A DNA stretch of 64,000 nucleotides from contig CAVUCU010000001.1 of assembly GCA_963740085.1 (NCBI GenBank), positions 1,056,001 through 1,120,000 on the forward strand. Direction: 5' to 3'. Position numbers and translations under genes: made by a program. How positions within the stretch are numbered: the stretch's first letter is position 1; the number at the start of each line of letters is the position of its first letter. The notes beneath the pieces were generated by a model. It was not told the DNA's origin and made no database searches. It saw only the letters and a list, made by a program, of their open reading frames with translations. The DNA comes from Nitrospirota bacterium (GTDB lineage Bacteria > Nitrospirota > UBA9217). Below are positions 1-9,746 of this stretch, one piece after another.

Positions 1-1623
1 TTAGCATTGTGTCTCTTGCTGGTTCCCATCGTCATAAACGGCTGCAGCTCCAGCAGTTATGACACCCCGGTAACCGCTCAGACATCTGCGACATTAATCT
101 CTCCGGAAACGCTCAAGACATGGACAGACAGCGGGATCGTGAACAGCACGGGTTTCGACCGGGTCGTGATCCTCGACGTCACCTCCTTGGCGACCTACAC
201 CGCAGGCCACATCCCGGGCGCGCAGTTCGTGAACAGCAATGACATCTATCAGGTCCGCCAGGAAGGCCCCGCCACCGATGTCAACATGGTCATTGACGGC
301 GCGCACATGGACGCCCTGGTCCAGAAATACGGGATCGACAAGGATACCACCGTCGTGTTCACCAGCGGAGCAGCGTCTCCCGGTGCAGGTTCCGTGCTCA
401 GCGCCACGCGGGGCTATTGGACATTCCGGTACTGGGGATTCCCGAAGGAAAAGCTCAAGCTGCTTGACGGTATCAATTTTGCCTGGAATGCAGCCTACGG
501 CCTGGCCACGGAGATCCCTCCCGCACCGACGCCTTCCACCTACAGCGTGAAGAACAATGCGCAGTTGCGCACGGACCTCAGGGCATCCCTGAGCGATATG
601 ATCAACGTGGCTGAGGGCAAGGTGGCGAATGCCGTACCGGTTGACATGAGAAGCGGACCGACGGACGGATCGTATGTGGGCAAGCGCGGCTCGACCACCG
701 GCGTCTTCAATCCGGGAAGCGATTATGTTGCTTTCGAAGGCCGCTTGAAGGGCGGCAAGGCCCTGCTGTATACGGACATGCTCGATCCTGCAAACAATTA
801 TCGTTTCAAGTCGGCCGACGTCCTTGCCGCCATGTTCATGGCCATCGGGGTCGACAGCACGAAATATGCCCATGTTTACTGAAGGACCGGAGTGATCGCC
901 AGTTCGGCGTTCTTTGTTCTTGATGCAATCCTTGGTTGGCCGGTCGCAGACTATGACGGTTCATGGAGCCAGTGGGGGCAGATGGCTGCTGCAAATAATG
1001 ACAACGGCGGAATGTTGACCGCAGATTCTCCGTGGAGGACGGACGTCCCCTCCCGCAGCGAGCTCTTCGTTTACAACTACGATACAACGGCAGGCCCGGT
1101 GTTCTATACGTCGGTTTCCACGACGGTAACCGGCCTGAACGACATGACCGCGGGAGGAGCCTTCAGCGGAACAGCGAGCAGGTATTTCAGGGTTCAGATC
1201 GACGGCTCAGGCACGCCTGATACGTTCAAGTGGTGGCTCTCGAGCAGTGCTACCAATACAGTGTGGAACGCTCAAAACGTTCCCGTCTCGGCCGGAACAT
1301 TCACTCTCGGTGAGGGCATGACCGTCTCCTTTGCCACAACGACGGGCCATACCGTTAGCGACCGGTGGGATTTCATCACCAAGAGGGCGGTGGAGAGGCT
1401 TGCGCTTGACGGCAGTATCTGTTCAAGCAGTACGAGCGTGGCCGGCGTGACGACCTATAGTCCCGCAGGATGCACTCCCCTGCTGCCCAATTCGTATGCT
1501 CCGTCGGGGAATGAGATCGAAGAGGAAGATGCCACCTATTTCGGGGTCGGCGGCAGCGGCGGCAGTAGCGGAGGCGGCGGTGGCCCCATAGCGCCGGGAT
1601 ACGCACCGGGATTGTTAAAATGA
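1..1623 (+). CDS. extH: Tandem-rhodanese sulfurtransferase lipoprotein, ExtH-like, predicted selenoprotein (Sec at UGA 880-882); 5' end outside window
   Basis: ORFs 7..882 and 892..1623 share a frame; read-through gives HVY-U-RTGVIASSAFF...YDGSWSQW (rhodanese active-site loop and C-terminal signature); GHIPGA motif; lipobox INGC; upstream of an ExtI-like porin. Confidence 0.85.
883..912 (+). promoter_or_regulatory. Putative bacterial SECIS element
   Basis: Hairpin GA(U)CGCC-AGUUC-GGCG(U)UC at 894-912; apical loop starts 18 nt after the UGA and has G at loop position 2. Confidence 0.7.
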
Positions 1624-1886
1624 AGTCGACTGTCACCAGCGTCATTGTGACAGCATGCATGCTCGCAGCGGGTGTACCGGTGGGAACCGTTCTTGCGGGA
1701 TCAAATGGCGAAGCGGTGCATCCGCAGCACAATACGACGACCGAGAGCCCTTTTGAAGGAGACCATGAAGGCAAAGGAGCCGAAGAAGGACTGTCTTCGA
1801 AGGAAACCGACACTCGGAAAAACATCATGTCTCCGCAGAAGAAACCTCGTCTGAAATATCGTGACGAGTCAAAGTGCTCGTGTTAG
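1620..1886 (+). CDS. Small exported protein with C-terminal CxC
   Basis: ATGA overlap with the upstream stop; signal peptide ending VLA; ends ...KCSC. Confidence 0.7.
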   Translation: MKSTVTSVIVTACMLAAGVPVGTVLAGSNGEAVHPQHNTTTESPFEGDHEGKGAEEGLSSKETDTRKNIMSPQKKPRLKYRDESKCSC

Positions 1887-1942
1887 TATGAGGTATGGCA
1901 ATAAAGTCATGCAACGTATCGGCGCATATTAAGGAGGCTTTC

Positions 1943-3202
1943 ATGAGAAAATCAGGAATTACATTATCCGCGTTGCCAGCGGGGGCATGTCTCGCGGTAC
2001 TGCTATTGATCGGCGTACCCGCTCTCGCCCAGCAAACAGAACCCGCGGTTCAGACAACTCCTGCGAACCAGCCGGATACTGCAAAAGATGCAGGAACGCA
2101 GCAAATAGTGGACGCGCTGTCTTCGATCAGGTTGAACTATGCGTTTCAACTTTACGGACAGTGGAGGGACACGGGCTCCGGGCCGAAGGGAACGGACAAT
2201 ACAAGCGACATCTACTTTAAGAGAGACCGGCTCATGATGTCGGGACAGTTGGATGATGTCTACAGCTTTTATTCCGCTGTTCAATTCCAGGGGGACGAGA
2301 GGATCTTTCCCACCGATGTAACCACGACACCGTCGAAAAACTTTGACATCATTGACACGTACCTGAGCGCCGACTACACGGATGCGTTCCGGCTTCGTGC
2401 AGGACTGACCAAGGACCCGATGATACGGGAGCAGAACGAGAGCTGCTTCGAGCCTCTCAGCGTTGACCGGTCCTATTTTGATTACACGAACCTGCCGCGC
2501 TTGAATCGCGATTTCGGCCTCGTTGTGTGGGGAAATGTCGCCGACGCGCTATTCCAATACAGGGTAGCGGCAATGAAGGGCAATGACGACAGCAACGACC
2601 CAAAGAGCTCTCTGCGGTACACGGCACGGGTCCATGTCTCGCTCCTGGACCCCGAGTATTCGATCAGCTACAAGGGAACCTATCTCGGCCAGAAAAAGGT
2701 CCTGACCATCGGCGCAGGCTACCAGCTGGAGCCGGATGCTGTGTATGGAAATGTCGCCGGAAAGGATGGCGCAAAGGATTATAAGGCGTACACATATGAC
2801 ATTTTTTTCGAATATCCGACACCTGCCGGAACGTTCACAGCTTCCGGTGCATATCTTAAATTGGATTTTCAGGGTGCATATCAAGGTGCAGATCCTGACC
2901 CGCGGAGTATCGGCCTGAATGGAGAGAAAAAAGGCTGGTACACTAAAGTCGGGTATCTTCTGCCTGTCAAGATCGGAACGGGCGCACTCCAGGTCTACGG
3001 CCGCTATGAACAATGGAGATTTGCAGATCTTGCTGCAATTGTAGATCAGGAAATAAAATGGTCAGCTGTCGGTGTCAACTATTTTCTCAAAGGGCAGGAC
3101 CTGAGGCTCACCCTTGAATATTCAATGAACGATTACGAAAAGGAAGACGCTAACATTAAGGACTTTAAGACCGTCTCCGCAATGCTCCAGCTTCGTATTT
3201 GA
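1943..3202 (+). CDS. extI: Outer-membrane porin, OprO/OprP-like (ExtI-like)
   Basis: AAGGAGG RBS at 1931-1937; signal peptide; amphipathic beta strands; context with ExtH-like rhodanese. Confidence 0.75.
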   Translation: MRKSGITLSALPAGACLAVLLLIGVPALAQQTEPAVQTTPANQPDTAKDAGTQQIVDALSSIRLNYAFQLYGQWRDTGSGPKGTDNTSDIYFKRDRLMMSGQLDDVYSFYSAVQFQGDERIFPTDVTTTPSKNFDIIDTYLSADYTDAFRLRAGLTKDPMIREQNESCFEPLSVDRSYFDYTNLPRLNRDFGLVVWGNVADALFQYRVAAMKGNDDSNDPKSSLRYTARVHVSLLDPEYSISYKGTYLGQKKVLTIGAGYQLEPDAVYGNVAGKDGAKDYKAYTYDIFFEYPTPAGTFTASGAYLKLDFQGAYQGADPDPRSIGLNGEKKGWYTKVGYLLPVKIGTGALQVYGRYEQWRFADLAAIVDQEIKWSAVGVNYFLKGQDLRLTLEYSMNDYEKEDANIKDFKTVSAMLQLRI

Positions 3203-3229
3203 CGCATGAATCCTGCCTGACGACATGAC

Positions 3230-3268
3230 ACTTCAGGGGGCGTGCAAGATGCCTCCTGAAGTTTTTTT
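3230..3268 (+). terminator. Rho-independent terminator of the ext-like operon
   Basis: ACTTCAGGGGGC...GCCTCCTGAAGT stem followed by a T run. Confidence 0.8.
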
Positions 3269-3839
3269 ATGGTAAACGAGGCGCGCGGAAGCATGCAGGG
3301 AGATGCGCTGATGCGGCGGGATGAAAAAGCCTTTCAACGTTTACCTTGAAGATATCCCGTTGCGAGAGCAGGATATCGTTTCGGATTGAAGGGGATCTTA
3401 GTCGTGACAGGGCACTCATGGGCGCACTGGCATCGATCGTCGCATATGGCATCAATTGTCGTTCCGGCCTTTTCAGTTCTCAACATCCCTGCCGGGTCAT
3501 CGTTCTGCGTTCTTATATTGCCGAGACCTTCTGTCGACATTTCTCACGGACCCACATAACCACTCTCTTCAAAAAGCTCGATTCAGCCTTCCCGTGCAGC
3601 GGGGTATGATCCGCGTTTATTCGTACGCTGACAGGCAGACCCAGCGGCGCTGCGAGATGTGCGGTTTCACATGTCAGATGCCATGATAAACCGTACTTTT
3701 CCGAGTGCGTTCGGGCAGCTGCAGTGGAGATGGATCTCGTGCCCCGCGCCCGGACAGAGAAGCATACCGCCAATCGCCACAGGGCATTGTCCGAATCTTG
3801 AGGATGAAACGGGACGAGCGGGCGCATGAGTTCATTCCG

Positions 3840-3905
3840 CCGTTTGTCCGCGGCTTGACAACCGTTTGTCCGCGGCTTGACAGCGAGGACACCTCGTGGT
3901 ACCTT
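3840..3905 (+). promoter_or_regulatory. Sigma70 promoter within a 21-bp direct repeat
   Basis: CCGTTTGTCCGCGGCTTGACA at 3840-3860 and 3862-3882; TTGACA-17 nt-TACCTT with TG extension. Confidence 0.65.
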
Positions 3906-3912
3906 GCATGCC

Positions 3913-4797
3913 ATGGCACCGGTCATCGAAGTAAAAGATCTCATCAAGACCTATCCGGGCGTGCGCGCGGTGGATAATGTCAGCCTGACGATCCATCAAG
4001 GCATCTGCTTCGGCCTGCTCGGACCGAACGGAGCGGGCAAGACCACGCTCATCGAGATCATCGAAGGTATCCAAAAATGCGATTCCGGCGCCACGCTGTA
4101 CAAAGGCGCGGCAATAGGCCCCGCGTTTCGGAAAGAAGCGGGCATCCAGTTCCAGGTCACGTCACTCCAGGAATTTCTGACCGTGCGCGAAACACTGCGG
4201 CTGTTCAAGAGCCTCTATCCGCAAACCATGGACATACCGGAGGTCATCCGCCTGTGCAGTCTTGATGAATTCCTCGACCGGGACACGCGCAAACTTTCCG
4301 GCGGCCAGCGTCAGCGGCTTCTGATGGCCCTCGCCATTATCAATGATCCTGAAGTGCTCTTCCTCGACGAGCCGACGACCGGCCTCGACCCTCAGTCGCG
4401 ACGGAATTTCTGGGACCTCATCAATCTCATCAAGTCCTGGAACAAGACGATCGTGCTGACCACGCACTATATGGACGAAGCCTACACGCTCTGCGATGAG
4501 ATCGCGATCATGGACCGAGGAAAGATCATCGCGCAGGGACCTCCCGAGGCTCTGCTCAAGGAGCACTTCGGCAATGTGGTGCTGCAGTTTCCGGAAGAGG
4601 ACGTGAACGACAAGCTCGAAGGGCTCGGGCTCTGCACGTCGAAACAAACGGGATGGTGCGAGATACAGACGCACGATATCGATGACACGATCAGAACGCT
4701 CCTGGGCCGCGGCGTCTCGTTGTCGCGGATGAACATGCGGTCCTGGAGCCTGGAAGACCTGTTCCTCTCGCTCACGGGGAAGGATCTGAGGGGCTGA
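3913..4797 (+). CDS. ABC-2 type exporter ATP-binding protein
   Basis: Walker A GPNGAGKTT, signature LSGGQ, Walker B LFLDEPT, TTHY. Confidence 0.92.
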   Translation: MAPVIEVKDLIKTYPGVRAVDNVSLTIHQGICFGLLGPNGAGKTTLIEIIEGIQKCDSGATLYKGAAIGPAFRKEAGIQFQVTSLQEFLTVRETLRLFKSLYPQTMDIPEVIRLCSLDEFLDRDTRKLSGGQRQRLLMALAIINDPEVLFLDEPTTGLDPQSRRNFWDLINLIKSWNKTIVLTTHYMDEAYTLCDEIAIMDRGKIIAQGPPEALLKEHFGNVVLQFPEEDVNDKLEGLGLCTSKQTGWCEIQTHDIDDTIRTLLGRGVSLSRMNMRSWSLEDLFLSLTGKDLRG

Positions 4798-4864
4798 AGC
4801 AGGATTGCCACGGAGACACGAAGGCACTGAGGAAGACACTGCTTTTACACTGATGACCATGACT

Positions 4865-4999
4865 GATGAAATCGTAAAAAAAGTTGAAAAACTCCCGACT
4901 TGTCATTTTGAACGAAGTGAGAAATCTTGGTTTTCCAGTCGGTTGAAAGATCCCTCTCTTCGTTCGGGATGACACATTCTGACTTTTTACGAGACCATC
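4865..4999. repeat. Nested palindromic (REP/MITE-like) element
   Basis: Outer arms GATGAAATCGTAAAAA / TTTTTACGAGACCATC; inner arms TGTCATTTTGAACGAAGTGAGAAATCT / AGATCCCTCTCTTCGTTCGGGATGACA; relative at 43298-43414. Confidence 0.7.
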
Positions 5000-5104
5000 G
5001 TAATTGGATCATGAAGTATCCTGCTTCTTCATAGCTTTCATCCGCCATTATCCGTGTCAAAGACTTTGACTTTTTTTATGGTTTTGTCCAAGAAGGATCT
5101 CATT

Positions 5105-6112
5105 ATGAAAAGATTTCTCGCCATTCTCCACGCGCGCAATATGGAGTTCGTCCGGGACAAGTCGTCCCTGGGATGGAACTTCCTGTTCCCCCTCCTCCTC
5201 GTGCTCGGTTTTGCCGTCGTATTTTCGGGAGAACCCCCTGCCATGTTCAAGGTCGGCGTCATCGGCGACACAGCGACCCTCGTTGGATCGGATGCGGAGT
5301 TTCTTAAAACAAAATATGTCCAGTTCATCACTGTTGACAATGGGGAAGCGGCCATCGACAAGGTCAGGCATTTTCAGCTCGATATGCTGATCGATCTGCG
5401 CGCGGGAAAGCAATACTGGATCAATGAAAACGCGCCGAACGGCTACGTTCTCGAACGTATGTTGGGGAGCGGAAAGCGATCGGGGTATCAGCGCCGGACG
5501 GTCCAGGGACGCAAGATACGCTATGTGGATTGGGTCGTGCCGGGGATCCTCGCCATGAATATGATGTTCAGCTGCCTCTTCGGCGTGGGCTACGTGATCG
5601 TGCGGTACCGGAAGAACGGGTTCCTCAAGCGGCTCAAGGCAACGCCGCTCAACCCCTTCGAGTTCCTGCTTGCGCAGATGACCTCGCGCCTGCTCTTGAT
5701 CCAGACGATCACGACCCTCGTCTATGCAGGATGTAATTACTTCATTCACTTTCAGATGCGCGGGTCATACGTGAACCTTTTTCTTGTCTCATTCGCCGGC
5801 GCGATCTGCCTGATCTCCCTGGGCCTGCTCGTGTCAGCCCGGCTTAAGAGTGAAGAGCTCGCCGGCGGCATCCTGAACCTGCTTACCTGGCCCATGATGC
5901 TGCTCTCCGGCGTCTGGTTCTCCCTCGAAGGCACGAACCCGATCGTCCAGAAGATCGCCCAGTTTCTGCCGCTCACCCACCTTGTTGACGGCGCCCGTGC
6001 GATCATGACGGAGGGTGCCGGTCTCGTGGACATCGCTCCGCACCTCGTGATCCTCGCGCTCATGACCGCGGTCTTTCTCGCGATCGGCTCGTTCATCTTC
6101 CGGTGGGAGTGA
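5105..6112 (+). CDS. ABC-2 type transporter permease
   Basis: Six TM segments, RYVDWVVPGIL, LKRLKATP, LPLTH, ends FRWE. Confidence 0.9.
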   Translation: MKRFLAILHARNMEFVRDKSSLGWNFLFPLLLVLGFAVVFSGEPPAMFKVGVIGDTATLVGSDAEFLKTKYVQFITVDNGEAAIDKVRHFQLDMLIDLRAGKQYWINENAPNGYVLERMLGSGKRSGYQRRTVQGRKIRYVDWVVPGILAMNMMFSCLFGVGYVIVRYRKNGFLKRLKATPLNPFEFLLAQMTSRLLLIQTITTLVYAGCNYFIHFQMRGSYVNLFLVSFAGAICLISLGLLVSARLKSEELAGGILNLLTWPMMLLSGVWFSLEGTNPIVQKIAQFLPLTHLVDGARAIMTEGAGLVDIAPHLVILALMTAVFLAIGSFIFRWE

Positions 6113-6220
6113 TCTTTCCCGTCCTCTGCCTGCATCGTCCTGGCTACATGCAAGTTCGTCTTTTTTCCCGCCCATCAACGATAATCGTCTCCCAGAAGCA
6201 CATGCGCTCCTCCGCACGGC

Positions 6221-6931
6221 TCAAAACAATCGTGCCAACAATGCAGGTACCGCTGTCTCCACACTCAGTATCCGCTCTCCCATCTGCACGGGAGTGAACC
6301 CGCAGACAACGAGTTTTTCCACCTCGTAGGGAATGAACCCCCCTTCAGGGCCGATCGCGAGCGTCACCGCCCCCTTGACATCGCGCGGACAGGGATCGGA
6401 TGCGGCAGGGTGGGCTGCAAGTGAAATCGTTCCTCTGATGACCTCGGGAAGTTCGTCCTCTACAAAGGGCTTGAACAACGGGCGAAGAAGGACCTCGGGT
6501 AATACAGTGTCCCTCGCCTGTTCCAGGCCGAGCATCAATTGATCGTTGACCGCCGCTTGGTTCAGAAACGGACTCTGCCAGAAGCTCTTCTCGACCCGAA
6601 AACAATTAAGCAGAATGATTTTTTTTACGCCCAGCCCGCTCGCGGACCGAAGCACCCGCCGGAGCACCTTGGGTCGCGGCAATGCGAGGATGAGCGTCAA
6701 CGGAGGCGCCGGAGGCGGCAAGCGTTCGAGCCGGACCTCCATCTCCAGGACCGATCGATTCAGGAGCGTTACCTTGCCGAAGCCGACCTGTCCGTTCAGG
6801 ACACCGACGCAGAGTTCGTCGCCGACCGAGGCACGGTGCACTTCCAGGACATGCGTTAGGCGTCGTCCCTGAAGACGAACGAGGCTGGTGTTGTCGACAA
6901 AATCGTCTAGAAAAAGAAGGATGAGATTCAT
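6221..6931 (-). CDS. rsmE: 16S rRNA m3U1498 methyltransferase
   Basis: SPOUT motifs AIGPEGGF, GERILSVETA. Confidence 0.92.
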   Translation of the reverse strand: MNLILLFLDDFVDNTSLVRLQGRRLTHVLEVHRASVGDELCVGVLNGQVGFGKVTLLNRSVLEMEVRLERLPPPAPPLTLILALPRPKVLRRVLRSASGLGVKKIILLNCFRVEKSFWQSPFLNQAAVNDQLMLGLEQARDTVLPEVLLRPLFKPFVEDELPEVIRGTISLAAHPAASDPCPRDVKGAVTLAIGPEGGFIPYEVEKLVVCGFTPVQMGERILSVETAVPALLARLF

Positions 6932-6973
6932 ATCAAGATCACGCTGTAATACAAATCAATCGAAGGAAAGATT

Positions 6974-7070
6974 ACCGCGAAGACGCAAAGGTCGCTAAGG
7001 ACAGCTAATAATTTATAGGTTTAATTCAAAATATGAAGGATTTCCTTGGCGGACTTCGCGCCTTCGCGGT
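6974..7070. repeat. Inverted-repeat intergenic element (ACCGCGAAG family)
   Basis: ACCGCGAAGACGCAAAG...CTTCGCGCCTTCGCGGT arms with AT-rich centre. Confidence 0.75.
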
Positions 7071-7106
7071 TCATGCTCTTCTGTTTTGGGTTTTATAAAC
7101 TTGATC

Positions 7107-7613
7107 TTATTCAAATGGCTTGTACTGCACACTGATGATCGTGAACACGGTATCGCCCTTCGGACGCTTGACCATAACTTCATCGCCCTCGGCCTTCTTC
7201 ATCAGCGCCCTGGCCATGGGCGCGTCCATGCTGATCAGGTTCTTCGCCGGATCGAACTCGTCGGGACCCACGATGCGGTATTCGGCGACATTCCCCTCGT
7301 TGTCCTCAAGCCGCACCCAGGCGCCGAAGAACACCTTTGACGGATCGGTCGGCGCGCTGTCTACCACTACGATATGCTCCAGCCGGTCCTTGAGATGGTG
7401 GATGCGGCCGTCGATCTCGCGCAGCTGCTTCTTGCGGTAGATATACTCCGCATTCTCCGACCGGTCTCCCTCGGCCGCCGCAGCGGCAAGCGCCGCGGTC
7501 ACTTCAGGGCGCTTTTCCCGCCAGAGGAATTCGAACTCGTCGCTCAGGCGCTTCTTGCCTTCAGGCGTTATATATTTGGAACCCGGTGTCTGTGGAGGTC
7601 GGTATCTGCTCAT
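7107..7613 (-). CDS. greB: Transcription elongation factor GreB
   Basis: YITPEG, GDRSENAEYIYRKKQLREID, VGPDE. Confidence 0.93.
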   Translation of the reverse strand: MSRYRPPQTPGSKYITPEGKKRLSDEFEFLWREKRPEVTAALAAAAAEGDRSENAEYIYRKKQLREIDGRIHHLKDRLEHIVVVDSAPTDPSKVFFGAWVRLEDNEGNVAEYRIVGPDEFDPAKNLISMDAPMARALMKKAEGDEVMVKRPKGDTVFTIISVQYKPFE

Positions 7614-7660
7614 AGGGACAGAATAATACGGCAAACGTGGGAGAGAAGCAAGAACCAACT

Positions 7661-7795
7661 ACCCTGACCCGGCAAGCCGGAATAATTTCAATTAACCGCG
7701 AAGGCGCGAAGACCGCAAAGGAAAGCAAAAGATTCACCCAGTTTAAAAAGTGAATTAAAGGTTGTCTTCGCGACCTTCGCGCCTTCGCGGTTAAT
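7661..7795. repeat. Inverted-repeat intergenic element (ACCGCGAAG family)
   Basis: Head CCCGGCAAGCCGGAA, then ATTAACCGCGAAGGCGCGAAG...CTTCGCGCCTTCGCGGTTAAT. Confidence 0.8.
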
Positions 7796-7850
7796 TATTT
7801 TGGTTACGAAAGCCACATCATCATGTTTTTGCGGCAACTCTTCCACTGGA

Positions 7851-8963
7851 CTAGCCTGCGTAAGACACGATAGTCTCTTTCCCAACCTTGAGCCGCTTTC
7901 CCTCATCGGTCAGCCGCTCAAACCGGACGCAGTCGCCCCGTTTCAATGTCTCATAGGGTTCGTTTCCCGTAGTTGCGTCCTTGTCCAGCCTGGCGATCAG
8001 CCGCCTGCCTGCTTCGCCGCAAACATAGAATTCCCGCTTGCCCTTCGAAACCAGGGGCTCGCTCACCACCCGGAAGCTGTTCAGGCCGCAGACATCCGAA
8101 AAAGAGAGTCCGTCCTTTCTGAATACGAGATAGGAGAACTTAAGGGAGTCCTTGCGGAGCCCTGTCAGCTTGTCTATCTCTTTCACCAGCGGGGGCGGAT
8201 CCCAGGGAATGTCCTCATGGCACCAGTCTTTGGGGTTCGCGAGGGCAGGACACTTTCCGCTGAAGTGACACGGAGAATAAACGTGAAATCCGTTCTCCAG
8301 CAGGCCGTCCCTGACCGCGAGCATATCGCGCGAAGTCTCCCGCAAGGCTGGCTCGATGATGATGCAGCTGCCGTCATCAGCAAGTGACCTTTTCAGGATT
8401 GTATCCAAGATGCTTACCCGCTTCTCGGTCCTTCGATCATTCCGGGCAAACAGCTCGTTCACGACATTCGACAGGATGATCACGTCAAAATGTCCATGCA
8501 AAAGAGTTCCCAGCCCCTCGATGTCCGAATGGATTGTTTTCAATGATGCCTCGAATTCACGCGTTGCTCCGGAGGATGAAAATAGCTCCTCGGCTATCTT
8601 CAGATTACCCGCCACCTGATCAATGGCCGTGAACTCAAGTTGTGGTTTCTTCTGTTCCCGTTGCGAGAAGAACGCCAGCGCGCCGAGTAAGGCTGTGCCG
8701 GGACCGGTGCCGATGTCAAGGATTCGGAGCTTTGCTTTTGAGAACAGCTCCCGGGGATGAGAGGATAATTCCTGAAGAGGTTTGTGGATCTTGGAGAGGT
8801 TTGACGGAAGAAAATAGGCCCAATATGCCTTCCGAAGTCCCTCGTCCCTGAGATAGGCCGCGGGAAGCTCATCACGCTCCCGGGTGAGCAGCATTGAAAG
8901 CCTTGCCACATCCGCTGCAAGGGAGCGCATCTCATCGTGCGATAGTTCCGGTGATATCTTCAT
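7851..8963 (-). CDS. Rsm22/METTL17-like class I SAM methyltransferase
   Basis: LDIGTGPGT SAM motif, IIEPA, PCx5CP...WCH, FSYLV, later VCG. Confidence 0.75.
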   Translation of the reverse strand: MKISPELSHDEMRSLAADVARLSMLLTRERDELPAAYLRDEGLRKAYWAYFLPSNLSKIHKPLQELSSHPRELFSKAKLRILDIGTGPGTALLGALAFFSQREQKKPQLEFTAIDQVAGNLKIAEELFSSSGATREFEASLKTIHSDIEGLGTLLHGHFDVIILSNVVNELFARNDRRTEKRVSILDTILKRSLADDGSCIIIEPALRETSRDMLAVRDGLLENGFHVYSPCHFSGKCPALANPKDWCHEDIPWDPPPLVKEIDKLTGLRKDSLKFSYLVFRKDGLSFSDVCGLNSFRVVSEPLVSKGKREFYVCGEAGRRLIARLDKDATTGNEPYETLKRGDCVRFERLTDEGKRLKVGKETIVSYAG

Positions 8964-9123
8964 GGATGGATCTGTTGCTCAGTAGCCAAGCGTATCGTGG
9001 AATTGACCGGCCAGAGAAAAAAAAGGGGTTGCTCAGTACGTGAAGGCATGGACCGGGGAAAGGACCATGCGCGACAGAGCGCCCTCTTGCTCATTGCTGA
9101 GCCGCGCATAGCTCCCGGGCCGC

Positions 9124-9603
9124 CTACTCAACAATGGTGATCGCCACGCCGCTCCCCTGGGACACGATCTTGCCCGTGATGCTTCCGATGAGCGGGTTTT
9201 TACCCGCGGCGATGCCGCGACGGCCCACCACGATCGTCTGATAGCCGCCATCCTTTGCTTCTTCAAGAATACTCTCGGCCACATCCGTGGAATCGGAGAG
9301 AGACTTTGTCGCTATCTGTCCGGCACTGATGCCTTTGCCGGTCAGCGCATCAACGGCCTTCTTGAACACCGGCTCCATCCTGGCCTTCCGGTCGGCGATC
9401 CACTTGTCAACCACCTTCTTCCGGTCCTGCTTCTCTTCCGTGGACAGGATGTGGCCTTCGTCCCAGAATATGGCCGGCAGGTTCGGCAGCACATGCACAA
9501 GCTCGATTTCGAGTTCGCCGGTCCCGGCGAACTGCTGTGCCACGTACTCCACGGCCCTGGATGCGTTCGGTGAATCGTCGATCGCGATAAGCATTTTCTT
9601 CAT
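9124..9603 (-). CDS. Universal stress protein
   Basis: KKMLIAIDDS start, IVVGRRG...GS motif. Confidence 0.9.
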   Translation of the reverse strand: MKKMLIAIDDSPNASRAVEYVAQQFAGTGELEIELVHVLPNLPAIFWDEGHILSTEEKQDRKKVVDKWIADRKARMEPVFKKAVDALTGKGISAGQIATKSLSDSTDVAESILEEAKDGGYQTIVVGRRGIAAGKNPLIGSITGKIVSQGSGVAITIVE

Positions 9604-9746
9604 GGTCTGTCCTCCCCAAAAAATATCCGCTTCAATTTATATATAGCACACTTTTCAACGATTTGGATTCTCTTTTTCATCCCCGAGAGAGAGCAAAGGA
9701 AAAGGGGATGATCAGCTCATCATCCCCTTTGATTCGCTGGAAACGC

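Noticed and set aside
1591-1623. ExtH tail APGY-APGL; removing one T would give APGC-stop
   Set aside because: The current stop overlaps the next ATG neatly, and there is no independent sign of a frameshift
3270-3835. Several short ORFs, some Cys-containing, in the gap after the ext terminator
   Set aside because: No RBS, motif or consistent frame; TGA read-through gave nothing recognisable
8974-9038. GTTGCTCAGTA direct repeat and possible structured RNA at 9025-9120
   Set aside because: Short match that could be chance; no RNA family recognised
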